NCBI GenBank assembly: GCA_030615205.1
Contig: JAUWZS010000001.1
Span: 10,019-74,018, forward strand
Source: Candidatus Aenigmatarchaeota archaeon
GTDB lineage: Archaea; Aenigmatarchaeota; Aenigmatarchaeia; CG10238-14; SCSR01
Direction of reading: 5' to 3'
Length of the DNA stretch: 64,000 nt
Within the stretch, counting starts at the first letter, position 1. Each line of letters starts with the position of its first letter. The notes under the pieces were generated by a model. The model did not search any database. It was not told where the DNA came from and worked only from the letters and a program-made list of their open reading frames with translations. Of the stretch, positions 1-9,390 are shown one piece after another. Position numbers and translations under genes: made by a program.

Positions 1-1114
1 CTAGAATTTTCCCCTCACTCCCCCTTATACCAAATCCACCCGGAACTATTATACCACCAAATGAATCTAACTCGGATAATTTAGATTCATCTTTTTCAAA
101 AGATTCACTTCCGATGTAGTCCCTCATAGGTTTTCTGTTGTTATGCCAAGCAGCATGCCTCACAGCTTCTATGATAGAAATATAAGAATCTACGAAACTC
201 TGGGCAAAATATTTTCCAACAATAGCGATTCTTACAGGTTCTGTTGTATTGTTTGCCTTTTTAACGAATTTTCGCCACTCATTCAAATCAGACTTTGTCG
301 GCAACAGTCCAGATCTTTTCAAGATTTTTTCTCCTACTTTCTGTTCATCAAGTACTAGCGGTAACTGATAAATATTCTCCAAATGCGGATTAGATATAAC
401 GCTTTCTTTTGGTACACCGCCGAATAGTGCAATCTTTTTTATAGCATTTTTTTCCATCTGTCTGCCTGTATCATACCTACAAATTATAAAATCTGGTTGT
501 ATGCCATGCTCTCTTAGTCTCTCAACCGAATGCTGTATAGGTTTTGTTTTGAGCTCTCCAATATTCTTAGGTTCAGGAACGTATCCTAAATGTACAAACT
601 GCACATTAGCAAAACCGTGATCAATCCTTATTTGTCTTATTGCTTCTAAAAATACATCTTCTTCGATATCCCCGACAGTTCCACCAATCTCAGTTAAAAC
701 AAAGTCAGCTTTAGTCTTTTTAGCAATAGTGTATATTCTTTCCTTTATTTCATCTGTTATATGGGGAACGATTTGCACACATCTTCCGAGAAAGTCTCCT
801 CTTCGTTCTTTATCTATAACTTTCCGATAAATCTGTCCTGTTGTTATATTGTGATCTTTTTTCAGGTTGATTCCAAGAAACCTTTCATAATGGCCAAAGT
901 CTTGGTCTATCTCCCCGCCATCATCTGTAACAAATACTTCACCATGTATAAATGGATTCATTGTGCCAGCATCTGCATTTATATACGGATCTATTTTGAT
1001 TGCTGTAACACTGTAACCTTTTGATTGGAGTAGTAGACCTATAGAAGCAGTTGCCACGCCTTTACCCAAGCCAGATAACACTCCACCTGTGATAAAGATA
1101 TAATTAGTGTTCAT
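1..1114 (-). CDS. pyrG: CTP synthase (3' end runs off the window)
   Basis: Not in the ORF track; manual translation from ATG at 1114 gives MNTNYIFITGGVLSGLGKGVATASIG...KIDPYINADAGTMNPFIHGEVFVTDDGGEIDQDFGHYERF, the PyrG signature. Confidence 0.97.
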   Translation of the reverse strand, partial: MNTNYIFITGGVLSGLGKGVATASIGLLLQSKGYSVTAIKIDPYINADAGTMNPFIHGEVFVTDDGGEIDQDFGHYERFLGINLKKDHNITTGQIYRKVIDKERRGDFLGRCVQIVPHITDEIKERIYTIAKKTKADFVLTEIGGTVGDIEEDVFLEAIRQIRIDHGFANVQFVHLGYVPEPKNIGELKTKPIQHSVERLREHGIQPDFIICRYDTGRQMEKNAIKKIALFGGVPKESVISNPHLENIYQLPLVLDEQKVGEKILKRSGLLPTKSDLNEWRKFVKKANNTTEPVRIAIVGKYFAQSFVDSYISIIEAVRHAAWHNNRKPMRDYIGSESFEKDESKLSELDSFGGIIVPGGFGIRGSEGKIL

Positions 1115-1193
1115 ATTAAATTATAACGATAGAAAAAAATAAAGCTTTGTTTTAAATTTTAAAATCTATTTAAATCCATCTAAATCTGTAAAA

Positions 1194-2385
1194 TCATTTC
1201 GCAAAAGCAATCTCTACAACATCGCCATTCTTCAATTCATAATCAGCAGCTAGTTTTCGCTTTGTACGCACATCAACGCCACATATGAACTTGTCGCCCA
1301 AGTCGGAATGAACTTTGTAGGCCAGTTCTTTTACTGTCATGCCGCTCGGTACGATGAGTGCGTCCGGCAACACGCGGCCGTCTTTGTCGCTAAGTTTGTT
1401 TCGGTCAGCAACAGGATAGACGACTATATTGCCAAGCAATTCGAACACAGCTTTATCCAAGCATTGCTGTACGCCTGTGGAGCCATATTTGCCCAATATT
1501 CGCAGTTTTATGAATTCGAGTGCTTTTCTCTGTTGCTCATTTAGGTCTGCTTTTGTGGTGAAGCTGTTACCAGGAAGATAATCGATGAACTCTTTCTCAT
1601 CAGCACGCTTCAGCGCAATCTCAGCCTCGGCGCTTGTCGGGATTAGTGGAGCAGCATCCCCATATTTCTCTTTTAGCGTTTGAAAATTCTCTTGCGCTTT
1701 TGAAAGGTCGATCTTGTTTGCTGCGATTATTATTGGCTTTGATATCCTGCGCAGCTCGCGGGCAAACGTGACTATGCTTTCTTTGTTTTTTAAGTCCAGC
1801 TCCAAACCTAACTCGTCAATTTTTTTCAGAGCCCGCTCAACATCGAATTTTTTGATTTCCAAACCAGTTAGCTGCTCGGATAAAATGTTCAACAAGTCGG
1901 ATTTGCCTGCTTTTGCAATCTGCTTTTCAAACTTCTTTAACGCCCGTCCAATCACACTCGCGAACCACAAATCAATTTCCTTTTCCAAAAATTCTATATC
2001 TTTTTGCGGATCGCCCTCGCCAGGTTTACCCTCTGCATCTGTCTCGCCAGTCGCATCAACAATATGCACAAGTGCTGAAGCTTGTCGCAGATCATCCAAG
2101 AATTGATTGCCCAAGCCACGACCTTCATGCGCGCCTGGTACAAGCCCAGCAACATCCACAATCTTAACAGGCACAAAACGTTTGCCGTTCTTGCAGAATC
2201 CATGATTAGGTTTGCATGTCACTCCAAATTCTTTGCACACGCAATTAATGATAACATAGCCTACGCCCACGTTCGGCTCAATTGTTGTAAAAGGTACGCT
2301 GGATATTTTAACGTCTATCATTGTCATTGCTTTGAACATACTTGATTTTCCACTATTAGGCTTGCCGAACTAGACCAACTATCAT
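1194..2385 (-). CDS. ychF: YchF/Ola1-family (Obg-like) ATPase, with an apparent +1 frameshift near codon 6
   Basis: PFTTIEPN, DVAGLVPGAHEGRGLGNQFLDDL, NKID, C-terminal TGS domain; P-loop start MIVGLV / GKPNSGKS is split by one extra base at about 2367. Confidence 0.9.
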
Positions 2386-2454
2386 TTCAATCACTTAAAA
2401 AATCTTAGCAATTGAAATATATAGTATTATCTAATTGATAAAAAGTGAAAAGAC

Positions 2455-4272
2455 ATGGCGAAAAAGAAAGAGAAAGCAGATAGAATAGCAGTGATTGACC
2501 GTGAGCTGTGCAAACCGAAAAAATGCCAGTTAATTTGTCAGCGAAGCTGTCCGATTGTACGGTCGGGCGAAGATTGCATAGTTTACGAAACCGGCGCTGA
2601 TGGGAAAAAGAAGGTCAAAATCGACGAGTTTTTATGCATAGGTTGCGGTATCTGCGTCAAGCGCTGTCCGTACGCCGCGCTTTCTGTTGTAAATCTTCCG
2701 AAGCAGCTTACTGAATCACCTGTTCACCGTTTTGGTCCGAATGCTTTTGCATTGTATCGTTTGCCGTTCCCAAGTAAAAAGAAAGTCGTAGGTATAGTTG
2801 GGCCGAATGGAGTCGGAAAGACCACAGCACTTCGCATACTTTCAGGCGAGCTAAAGCCGAATCTTGGAAATTTTGAAAGCGGAACAGAAGTCGAAGCAGA
2901 TTTTTCAGAAGTAATAAAAATTTTTCGCGGCACAGAGCTGCAGGCATATTTGGAAAATTTGGCAGGTAAGGAATTACGCACATCTGTAAAACCGCAGCGT
3001 GTTGATCAAATACCAAAAGTTTTCAAAGGCAACATCTCCAAGCTTCTTGACACAGCAGACGAGCGGAAAATCGTAAACGACATGATAAAAGAATTTGGAC
3101 TGGAAGGTTTTCTAAACAGGGAAATCTCAAAACTATCTGGCGGCGAACTGCAGCGAGTGGCGATAATAGCATGCATAGCACGTGACGCAGATATTTATTA
3201 TTTTGACGAACCGATGAGTTTTCTTGATGTGTTTCAACGGCTCAAAATTGCAAAACTTATACGTAAATACTGTGAAGGCAGATCGGTTATGATTGTTGAT
3301 CACGATCTTGCGGCTTTGGATTTTCTTGCAGACCGTGTGCATATTTTTTATGGCGTGCCTAGTGTGTATGGGATTGTGTCAAAGCCTTACGGAATACGCG
3401 TTGGTATCAATACGTTCTTGGACGGTTACATAAAAGAGGATAATGTTAGATTCCGCGATGAAGCGATAAGTTTCCTAGACACTGCGATTATTGGAAGGTC
3501 TGTTTCTCCAAAGATTTTGGTTTCTTTCAGCAACATAAAGAAAAAATTCCGTGGCAAGGGCGCGTTCAAACTTGATGTGCACACTGGCGAAGTGCATGAA
3601 AAAGAAGTACTTGCAGTGCTCGGCGCGAACGCAATCGGAAAAACAACATTTGCAAAAATACTCGCAGGCGAACTCAAAGCAGACAGCGGTGATATAAGCA
3701 AAAGCGTGTCAATATCATACAAACCCCAATACATTAAAACTGAATTCGATGGAAAGGTGCACAAGCTGCTCGGCACAGTTGCAAAACTCACAGATTCGTA
3801 TAAAGCCGAGATAGTGCGACCGTTGAATTTGGAAAAGCTTCTCGAAAGACCAATCGCCGAGCTATCTGGCGGCGAACTGCAACGCATAGCAATCGCTCTC
3901 TGTCTTTCAAGAGATGCAGAGCTTTATTTATTAGACGAACCCTCGGCATTTTTGGATGTCGAGCAGCGTCTAGCACTCGCAAAACTGATAAACAAAATAG
4001 TAGAAGTTCGCGAGAAAAGCGCACTTGTTGTTGATCATGACCTGCTCTTCCTAAGCCAAGTAGGACATCGCGGTATGGTTTTCCTAGGCAAGCCTGGCAT
4101 TCACGGAGAGGTTGAAAAGATTGATGAACTGAAAGACGCGCTTAACAAATTCCTTGCATATGTCGGAGTTACTTTTCGTAAAGATCCTCAGACAGGCAGA
4201 CCTCGTGCAAACAAACCAAATTCACAGTTAGATAGAGAGCAAAAAGAAGCAGGAGACTACTTTTACATTTAA
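2455..4272 (+). CDS. rli1: Ribosome recycling ATPase ABCE1/Rli1
   Basis: N-terminal 4Fe-4S Cys clusters (CIGCGICVKRCP), two ABC domains with LSGGELQR signatures, C-terminal GRPRANK. Confidence 0.97.
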   Translation: MAKKKEKADRIAVIDRELCKPKKCQLICQRSCPIVRSGEDCIVYETGADGKKKVKIDEFLCIGCGICVKRCPYAALSVVNLPKQLTESPVHRFGPNAFALYRLPFPSKKKVVGIVGPNGVGKTTALRILSGELKPNLGNFESGTEVEADFSEVIKIFRGTELQAYLENLAGKELRTSVKPQRVDQIPKVFKGNISKLLDTADERKIVNDMIKEFGLEGFLNREISKLSGGELQRVAIIACIARDADIYYFDEPMSFLDVFQRLKIAKLIRKYCEGRSVMIVDHDLAALDFLADRVHIFYGVPSVYGIVSKPYGIRVGINTFLDGYIKEDNVRFRDEAISFLDTAIIGRSVSPKILVSFSNIKKKFRGKGAFKLDVHTGEVHEKEVLAVLGANAIGKTTFAKILAGELKADSGDISKSVSISYKPQYIKTEFDGKVHKLLGTVAKLTDSYKAEIVRPLNLEKLLERPIAELSGGELQRIAIALCLSRDAELYLLDEPSAFLDVEQRLALAKLINKIVEVREKSALVVDHDLLFLSQVGHRGMVFLGKPGIHGEVEKIDELKDALNKFLAYVGVTFRKDPQTGRPRANKPNSQLDREQKEAGDYFYI

Positions 4273-4281
4273 TAATTCCAC

Positions 4282-4611
4282 TTACTTGCAAAAACTTCTT
4301 ATCTCTGATACAAGCCGTTGGATGTTCTGTAGCTGCGAGGTTATTGATTCATATTGCATGCGCAAGTTTTCCATTTGCGATAGTACAAGATCTACTTCGG
4401 CTTTTATGCTGCCAGACGTGGTCGATAGTGGCACAGCAGGTGCTCTAGGAAGAGGTGGCAGTGCTGCTGGTGATGGCGCTGTTGGTGTTGGCATTGGCGT
4501 CGGTACTGGTTCTGTATATCTTGGTGGTGGAGCATACGGAGAAGTGCTGGGAAAACTCGGCTCGTCCAGCTTACTCTTCTTTTTTCTTCTAAGCTTATCG
4601 AATATACCCAT
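4282..4611 (-). CDS. Hypothetical protein, Pro-rich linker plus C-terminal coiled coil
   Basis: 109-aa ORF filling the gap between convergent and divergent genes; MGIFDKL start, heptad-like C-terminus. Confidence 0.7.
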   Translation of the reverse strand: MGIFDKLRRKKKSKLDEPSFPSTSPYAPPPRYTEPVPTPMPTPTAPSPAALPPLPRAPAVPLSTTSGSIKAEVDLVLSQMENLRMQYESITSQLQNIQRLVSEIRSFCK

Positions 4612-4700
4612 AAAATAAATTGGTGTTCACGGTAAATTAAAGTTATTATTTTCAAAAGTTAACCAAATAAGTTATTATTCATCAAAAGTAAATCCTCATT

Positions 4701-5276
4701 ATGCCTAGCAAACAAAAAAAGACTAAGACTGTTATAGTTGTTTCTGGTCCTCCAGGCTCAGGAAGTACAACTGTTGCAAAAGCGCTGGCCAAAAGACTGC
4801 GTTTGAGATATTTTGTTCCGGGAAAGTTACATAAGAAATTAAGCAAGTCTAAAAAAGAAAGCGAAGCTGCTTTGGAAACGTGGCGTACGAAAAAAGGCAG
4901 GAGTAAAAAAACCCATAAAGAGCGAGACAAGCTGCAAATTAAAGAAGCGAAAAAGGGACGCATTGTCATTTGTGGCAAACTGTCTATTCATTTTCTGAGG
5001 GAGCTGAGCGATTATAAAATTTGGTTGGATGTCCCTTTGAAAGTGCGTGGGAGAAGAACTGCAAAGCGTGACGGCATAAGCGTAAAAAAAGCTATGGAAG
5101 AGATACGAGAACGACAGCGAATTGAACGTAGGGGGTGGAAAAGGATTTATGGTTTCGATTATTTTTATCAAAAGAAAATTGCTGATCTAGTTATCGATTC
5201 ATCTGAGCTGACATTGAAGCAAACAGTGAATAAAATATTAAAATTCATTAAATCTAAAAAATCAAGTAAGAATTAG
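4701..5276 (+). CDS. cmk: Cytidylate kinase, archaeal type
   Basis: VSGPPGSGSTT P-loop, KIWLDVPL..R..R...RD, YGFD, DLVIDSS. Confidence 0.85.
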   Translation: MPSKQKKTKTVIVVSGPPGSGSTTVAKALAKRLRLRYFVPGKLHKKLSKSKKESEAALETWRTKKGRSKKTHKERDKLQIKEAKKGRIVICGKLSIHFLRELSDYKIWLDVPLKVRGRRTAKRDGISVKKAMEEIRERQRIERRGWKRIYGFDYFYQKKIADLVIDSSELTLKQTVNKILKFIKSKKSSKN

Positions 5277-6059
5277 AGTTCCTATACTCTCATCTCCGAG
5301 CATAACAGACTTTAAGTTATCAGGGATAAGACCACTTATTATCTGTGAGTTGGCTTTGACTTCTAGAAGTTTTTCAACTTTTTCTCTCATCGCGCCTGTA
5401 ACGTCTGTGGTTCTGCCGTCAGCAAATTCAACATTTTCAGTCACATGGAATCTTTTAATAAGCTTGGCATTTTTATGTTCATGCGGATCCTTATCATACA
5501 CACCCTCAACATTTGTCGCCATTATTATTTTATCTGCTTCCCATATATTCGCTATATCCCTTACTAATTCGTCACCCGAAACAACTCTATACCCCTGTTC
5601 GTTATTATCAGGTGCTATATCACCGTAAGTAGAAAATATCTTATCCCGTCCAATAATTTTTTTACCCATATCCCATAATTTATACACGCTGTATGTTTCA
5701 TCGATGCCTCGTGAATCAAATGGAGCGAAAGGTTCCATTTCTAATCCATACTCTCCCACGATTTTTATTAACTTATCATTCAAGTATTTCACAGAATCGT
5801 GAACTAACGTCTTATAACCCAGCTTATCCCAATTTTTGACAAGATTATGACCGAAAGGACCGACACCGTTTATAAGAACAAGTTCTATTTTCTTTTCCCT
5901 CAATACCTCGTATATTTCTTTTGCCAACCTCTTAACGTTTTCAATTCTTATATACTCGTCAGCGCGTCGCTTTATTTCTTCGATGCTCAAAGGAAAAACT
6001 TTCGCATCTTTTCTCGTTAGTATTGAACCGCCGAGCTTCAAAACTATTTTCTCTCCCAT
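5262..6059 (-). CDS. Amino-acid-kinase family protein, isopentenyl phosphate kinase-like
   Basis: VLKLGGSILT, GVGPFGH, VVSGD, TNVEGVY, DVTGAMREK, GTLI. Confidence 0.8.
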   Translation of the reverse strand: MGEKIVLKLGGSILTRKDAKVFPLSIEEIKRRADEYIRIENVKRLAKEIYEVLREKKIELVLINGVGPFGHNLVKNWDKLGYKTLVHDSVKYLNDKLIKIVGEYGLEMEPFAPFDSRGIDETYSVYKLWDMGKKIIGRDKIFSTYGDIAPDNNEQGYRVVSGDELVRDIANIWEADKIIMATNVEGVYDKDPHEHKNAKLIKRFHVTENVEFADGRTTDVTGAMREKVEKLLEVKANSQIISGLIPDNLKSVMLGDESIGTLILT

Positions 6060-6110
6060 AACTTATCAAACGTAAATTTGTAAGAGAACAATAAAAAGAT
6101 GCTTTTTATG

Positions 6111-6665
6111 TTACGGTACTCTGCTGGCTGCACCAGTGAGCTCAGGCATTTCATACGGAATCCCTAGCTCGTCTCTTATAGCATTTGCTAGTTTGAATGT
6201 ACGTTCTTTCAATATCTGTATGTACCTTCTGCGCACATTGTTGTACATAAGTTTGTGATATAACCATATGAAAGGCATCGCTATGACTTTTTCGAATATG
6301 TTGCCGAATTTGTACTCTGTTGTGATTTCAGGCCTTATTTCCATGTAAAGCATGCCATTCGTACCATTCGGGTCAGATGGCTGTTTGCCAAATGTTCTGA
6401 TTTTCACTTCAAACGTTGTAAACCTGTCAAATTTGGCATCACCGAAACGAGATATGAAAAAGAAGTCCCTAGGCTCACATGTTACATCCCATCTGAAGTC
6501 ATCTTCAAAAACGTTCTTACCACGACCATGGAAGATAATCTGTAAGGTCTTAGGCATCATACCATAGATTCTAAACGGATTCGGACCTCTATAATCTATT
6601 GTTATTTTATCTTCCGGCGCAAGTACAAAATCAAAAATTTTATATGAACTCGGCATTCTAACCAA
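6111..6665 (-). CDS. Hypothetical protein, paralog of 6750..7283
   Basis: 184-aa ORF sharing YxGPNP, FxWD, DxF, TEY and YH..Y...R blocks with its neighbour. Confidence 0.8.
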   Translation of the reverse strand: MVRMPSSYKIFDFVLAPEDKITIDYRGPNPFRIYGMMPKTLQIIFHGRGKNVFEDDFRWDVTCEPRDFFFISRFGDAKFDRFTTFEVKIRTFGKQPSDPNGTNGMLYMEIRPEITTEYKFGNIFEKVIAMPFIWLYHKLMYNNVRRRYIQILKERTFKLANAIRDELGIPYEMPELTGAASRVP

Positions 6666-6749
6666 TTAATAATTATATTTTTCCTAATTAATTCTTTTTA
6701 ACATAATTCTTTTTAACACTATCTCTAAAAGACTCGTCTAAAAGAAATT

Positions 6750-7283
6750 TTAATATCTAGCTTTTGTCAAAAGATTGAAAAATTCTTTCAATTCGTTCTG
6801 TATCTGTAAAATCGCATCTCTGCATTCAAGTATCCATCTGTACCTTCGCTCCTTGTAGAAAACGCGGTGGTAGAATGTTCGGAACATTTCGTAGAAGAAA
6901 CTGCGCTCCCATAGTGTATCCTGTGGGTATTCGGTCCTTACTATGCCTGTTATGGTGAAACTGACAGTGCCTTCTTTGCCGAATTCTTTACTGGGCTTTA
7001 AATCGCCTTTCATGGATATTTCGAAATACATGTAGCTGAATTTATCCAGATCCTTTACGACTTCGAAGGACGCACCAAACTTTTCTTCTGGTTTGGAGCG
7101 GTCCCAGTTGAACCCCTTTTCCTGGATGTTCTCTCGCGGTATGTTCAAGCTCCTTGTAAGAATATCTATAAGCTTAGGATAAGCTTTGTCAGGATTCGGT
7201 CCAGAATAACTGAAATCTATTTTAGGCCTATAAGTCAGGCAACGGTCTTCAAGCAGGAGTTTGGCTCTTGCAAATATTGGCAT
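6750..7283 (-). CDS. Hypothetical protein, paralog of 6111..6665
   Basis: 177-aa ORF with the same motif blocks. Confidence 0.8.
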   Translation of the reverse strand: MPIFARAKLLLEDRCLTYRPKIDFSYSGPNPDKAYPKLIDILTRSLNIPRENIQEKGFNWDRSKPEEKFGASFEVVKDLDKFSYMYFEISMKGDLKPSKEFGKEGTVSFTITGIVRTEYPQDTLWERSFFYEMFRTFYHRVFYKERRYRWILECRDAILQIQNELKEFFNLLTKARY

Positions 7284-7372
7284 TTAATCATCTTTCAAGC
7301 TTAACCACTCAAACAACAAACCACTCTATTACAATTTTATTAAAACAGCTATTAAAATATAATATAGATACT

Positions 7373-7534
7373 ATGCTGATGAAAATTTTCGGTGCACTTT
7401 CACTGCTTGTAGGTTTTTTTCTTTTGATTGGCGGTCCAGGCGACAGTAGTATACAAATAATAGCTTATGGGAACACAGCGCGTTTGCTTGGGTTAATATT
7501 GATATTAGTCGGCATAGTGCTGGTAACATTTTGA
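7373..7534 (+). CDS. Small two-helix membrane protein
   Basis: ATG at 7373 in frame with the track ORF; 53 aa with two hydrophobic segments. Confidence 0.6.
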   Translation: MLMKIFGALSLLVGFFLLIGGPGDSSIQIIAYGNTARLLGLILILVGIVLVTF

Positions 7535-7583
7535 TGGGTAAAATTCGAGGTAAAGTTTCAATTAAGGTGATTAAGGCGATCTT

Positions 7584-9344
7584 ATGGGAAGCGCAATAGC
7601 TACTCTGCTTAAAACACCAGAAGTCAAAGCAGGACATACACCAGATTGGAAAATACAGCCAAATGCTTATACAATAGAAGGAGAGCTTTATCATACATCG
7701 CCACTTAGTGTTAGCACAAACAGCATTGACTTTACATCATTCCCAGGCAAATGTAGTGGGCTTCTTTTCAGTCTTATGTTTTGGCTTAGTAAAGCAGGGC
7801 ACAAAGTTTTAAAAATCGAAGATAAAATGGAGATATCACCGATACATCAACAGTTCTACCAAATAACAATACAACAAAAGCAGACACTCGAAAGGCAGAT
7901 AAAAGAAGGGTTAGCAGGTGTATCAACTTCAATAACAGATTTCGAATTGCTTTTCCACGACTTACGGAAATACAAAGAGTTTATGGATTATTTCATAGGA
8001 AGGGAACATGCGCTGAAAACAAAGGACAACAAGCTGTTGATGAAGACCGAGCAGAGCTTGAAAGCGATATTCATAGACCAGGTGGATGTGCACACAGGTG
8101 AAGGTATTTCGCTGAAGCATATCGCTCCGCGTTGGCCGACAATTATTGCAGACTTTATGCAGATGAAAGACAAGGACACAGATCCGAAGAAGATTGCAAA
8201 AGACTACAAAGTTTCAGAAGCAGAGGGCGTTGTGCTTTCGACCAAAAACAAGCTGTATATCGAATGGAGAGGAACATTTGAAAAAACTGTGAAAGAGCGT
8301 TACCAGCGATTGCTAGGAATGGTACAGTCACGCAAGTTTTCAATCGACGAATACAAAACCATGCTAAAACCATACATAGAGAGGTACAGGTCTATAAAAG
8401 AAATGGGCAGAGAAGAAAGTGGTCGGAAATATCTTAGGGCTATCTCTTGGTTCCGACCAGGTGCGCAGGCAGTATCTTATGATTGGACAACTCTTTGGGC
8501 ATTTAAACCCATGTCACGGCCAGAACTTAGTAGGGTGTCCTACGAAAGAATGGAAGGCGATGAAAGTATATTGAAAATACGTTTCTGCCCGAGTTTTAAG
8601 AACGTAATTAAGAAAAACATAAAATTTCTGAGAGCCAACGAGTTGGGAAAGCTACCCCTATCGCCAACAGGAATAGAGCCTTTGGACAAATGGGTATGGG
8701 CCCTTTACAAGTACATAGAAGATTATTACAACGTCAGGTTCAGCCTGAAAGAATTTCTAGAAATCAGAAACGAGTTTGTAAAAGATAGTAAGTGGGGTGG
8801 CCAGAGCGAACCACATTTCAAATGCTTCGAAACAGACATAATGCGCATAATCTTACGGTTGCCGGATGGCACAGAATTGGAAGATATGACTTTCGCACCG
8901 ATTTTTTTCTTCTTGGATACCCAGAACATGATGCTATTGCGGTTTTTAGAAGTGAAAGCGCAGGAAAAAGCTTTGGAAAATTACATAAACGAAATGCTTG
9001 GCGATACAACAAAAGGCATAAGACTAGAAAAGCTTTCCGAAGAATATGAAAAGCTGTTCCACGTCTACCCTGAAGAAAAATCAGAAAAGGAAAAGGTGGC
9101 TGAAATATCAGCTGCAGAAGATTTGCGAGCAGCCAGGGAAAGAGCGCAAAAGCAAGTAATGAAAGAAGCAACAGAAATGAAAAGACCTTTCAAGTTTTTC
9201 AAAGGTGGGCCATATGAACCAAGATTCGATGATATGGTGACTGGACCGTATTTCGATGATATAGGTGCCAGTATGCAGAAAGTATGGACTTTTTTGAAAG
9301 CGAAGTTCGATGTGCCCGGATTCAAGATATTTGGTGCAAAATAA
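7584..9344 (+). CDS. Hypothetical protein (586 aa, helical)
   Basis: Long uninterrupted ORF; no motif recognised. Confidence 0.85.
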   Translation: MGSAIATLLKTPEVKAGHTPDWKIQPNAYTIEGELYHTSPLSVSTNSIDFTSFPGKCSGLLFSLMFWLSKAGHKVLKIEDKMEISPIHQQFYQITIQQKQTLERQIKEGLAGVSTSITDFELLFHDLRKYKEFMDYFIGREHALKTKDNKLLMKTEQSLKAIFIDQVDVHTGEGISLKHIAPRWPTIIADFMQMKDKDTDPKKIAKDYKVSEAEGVVLSTKNKLYIEWRGTFEKTVKERYQRLLGMVQSRKFSIDEYKTMLKPYIERYRSIKEMGREESGRKYLRAISWFRPGAQAVSYDWTTLWAFKPMSRPELSRVSYERMEGDESILKIRFCPSFKNVIKKNIKFLRANELGKLPLSPTGIEPLDKWVWALYKYIEDYYNVRFSLKEFLEIRNEFVKDSKWGGQSEPHFKCFETDIMRIILRLPDGTELEDMTFAPIFFFLDTQNMMLLRFLEVKAQEKALENYINEMLGDTTKGIRLEKLSEEYEKLFHVYPEEKSEKEKVAEISAAEDLRAARERAQKQVMKEATEMKRPFKFFKGGPYEPRFDDMVTGPYFDDIGASMQKVWTFLKAKFDVPGFKIFGAK

Positions 9345-9390
9345 TTTGTAGAACTATGCCTACAACGCTTACGATGTATTAAATTTTCGA

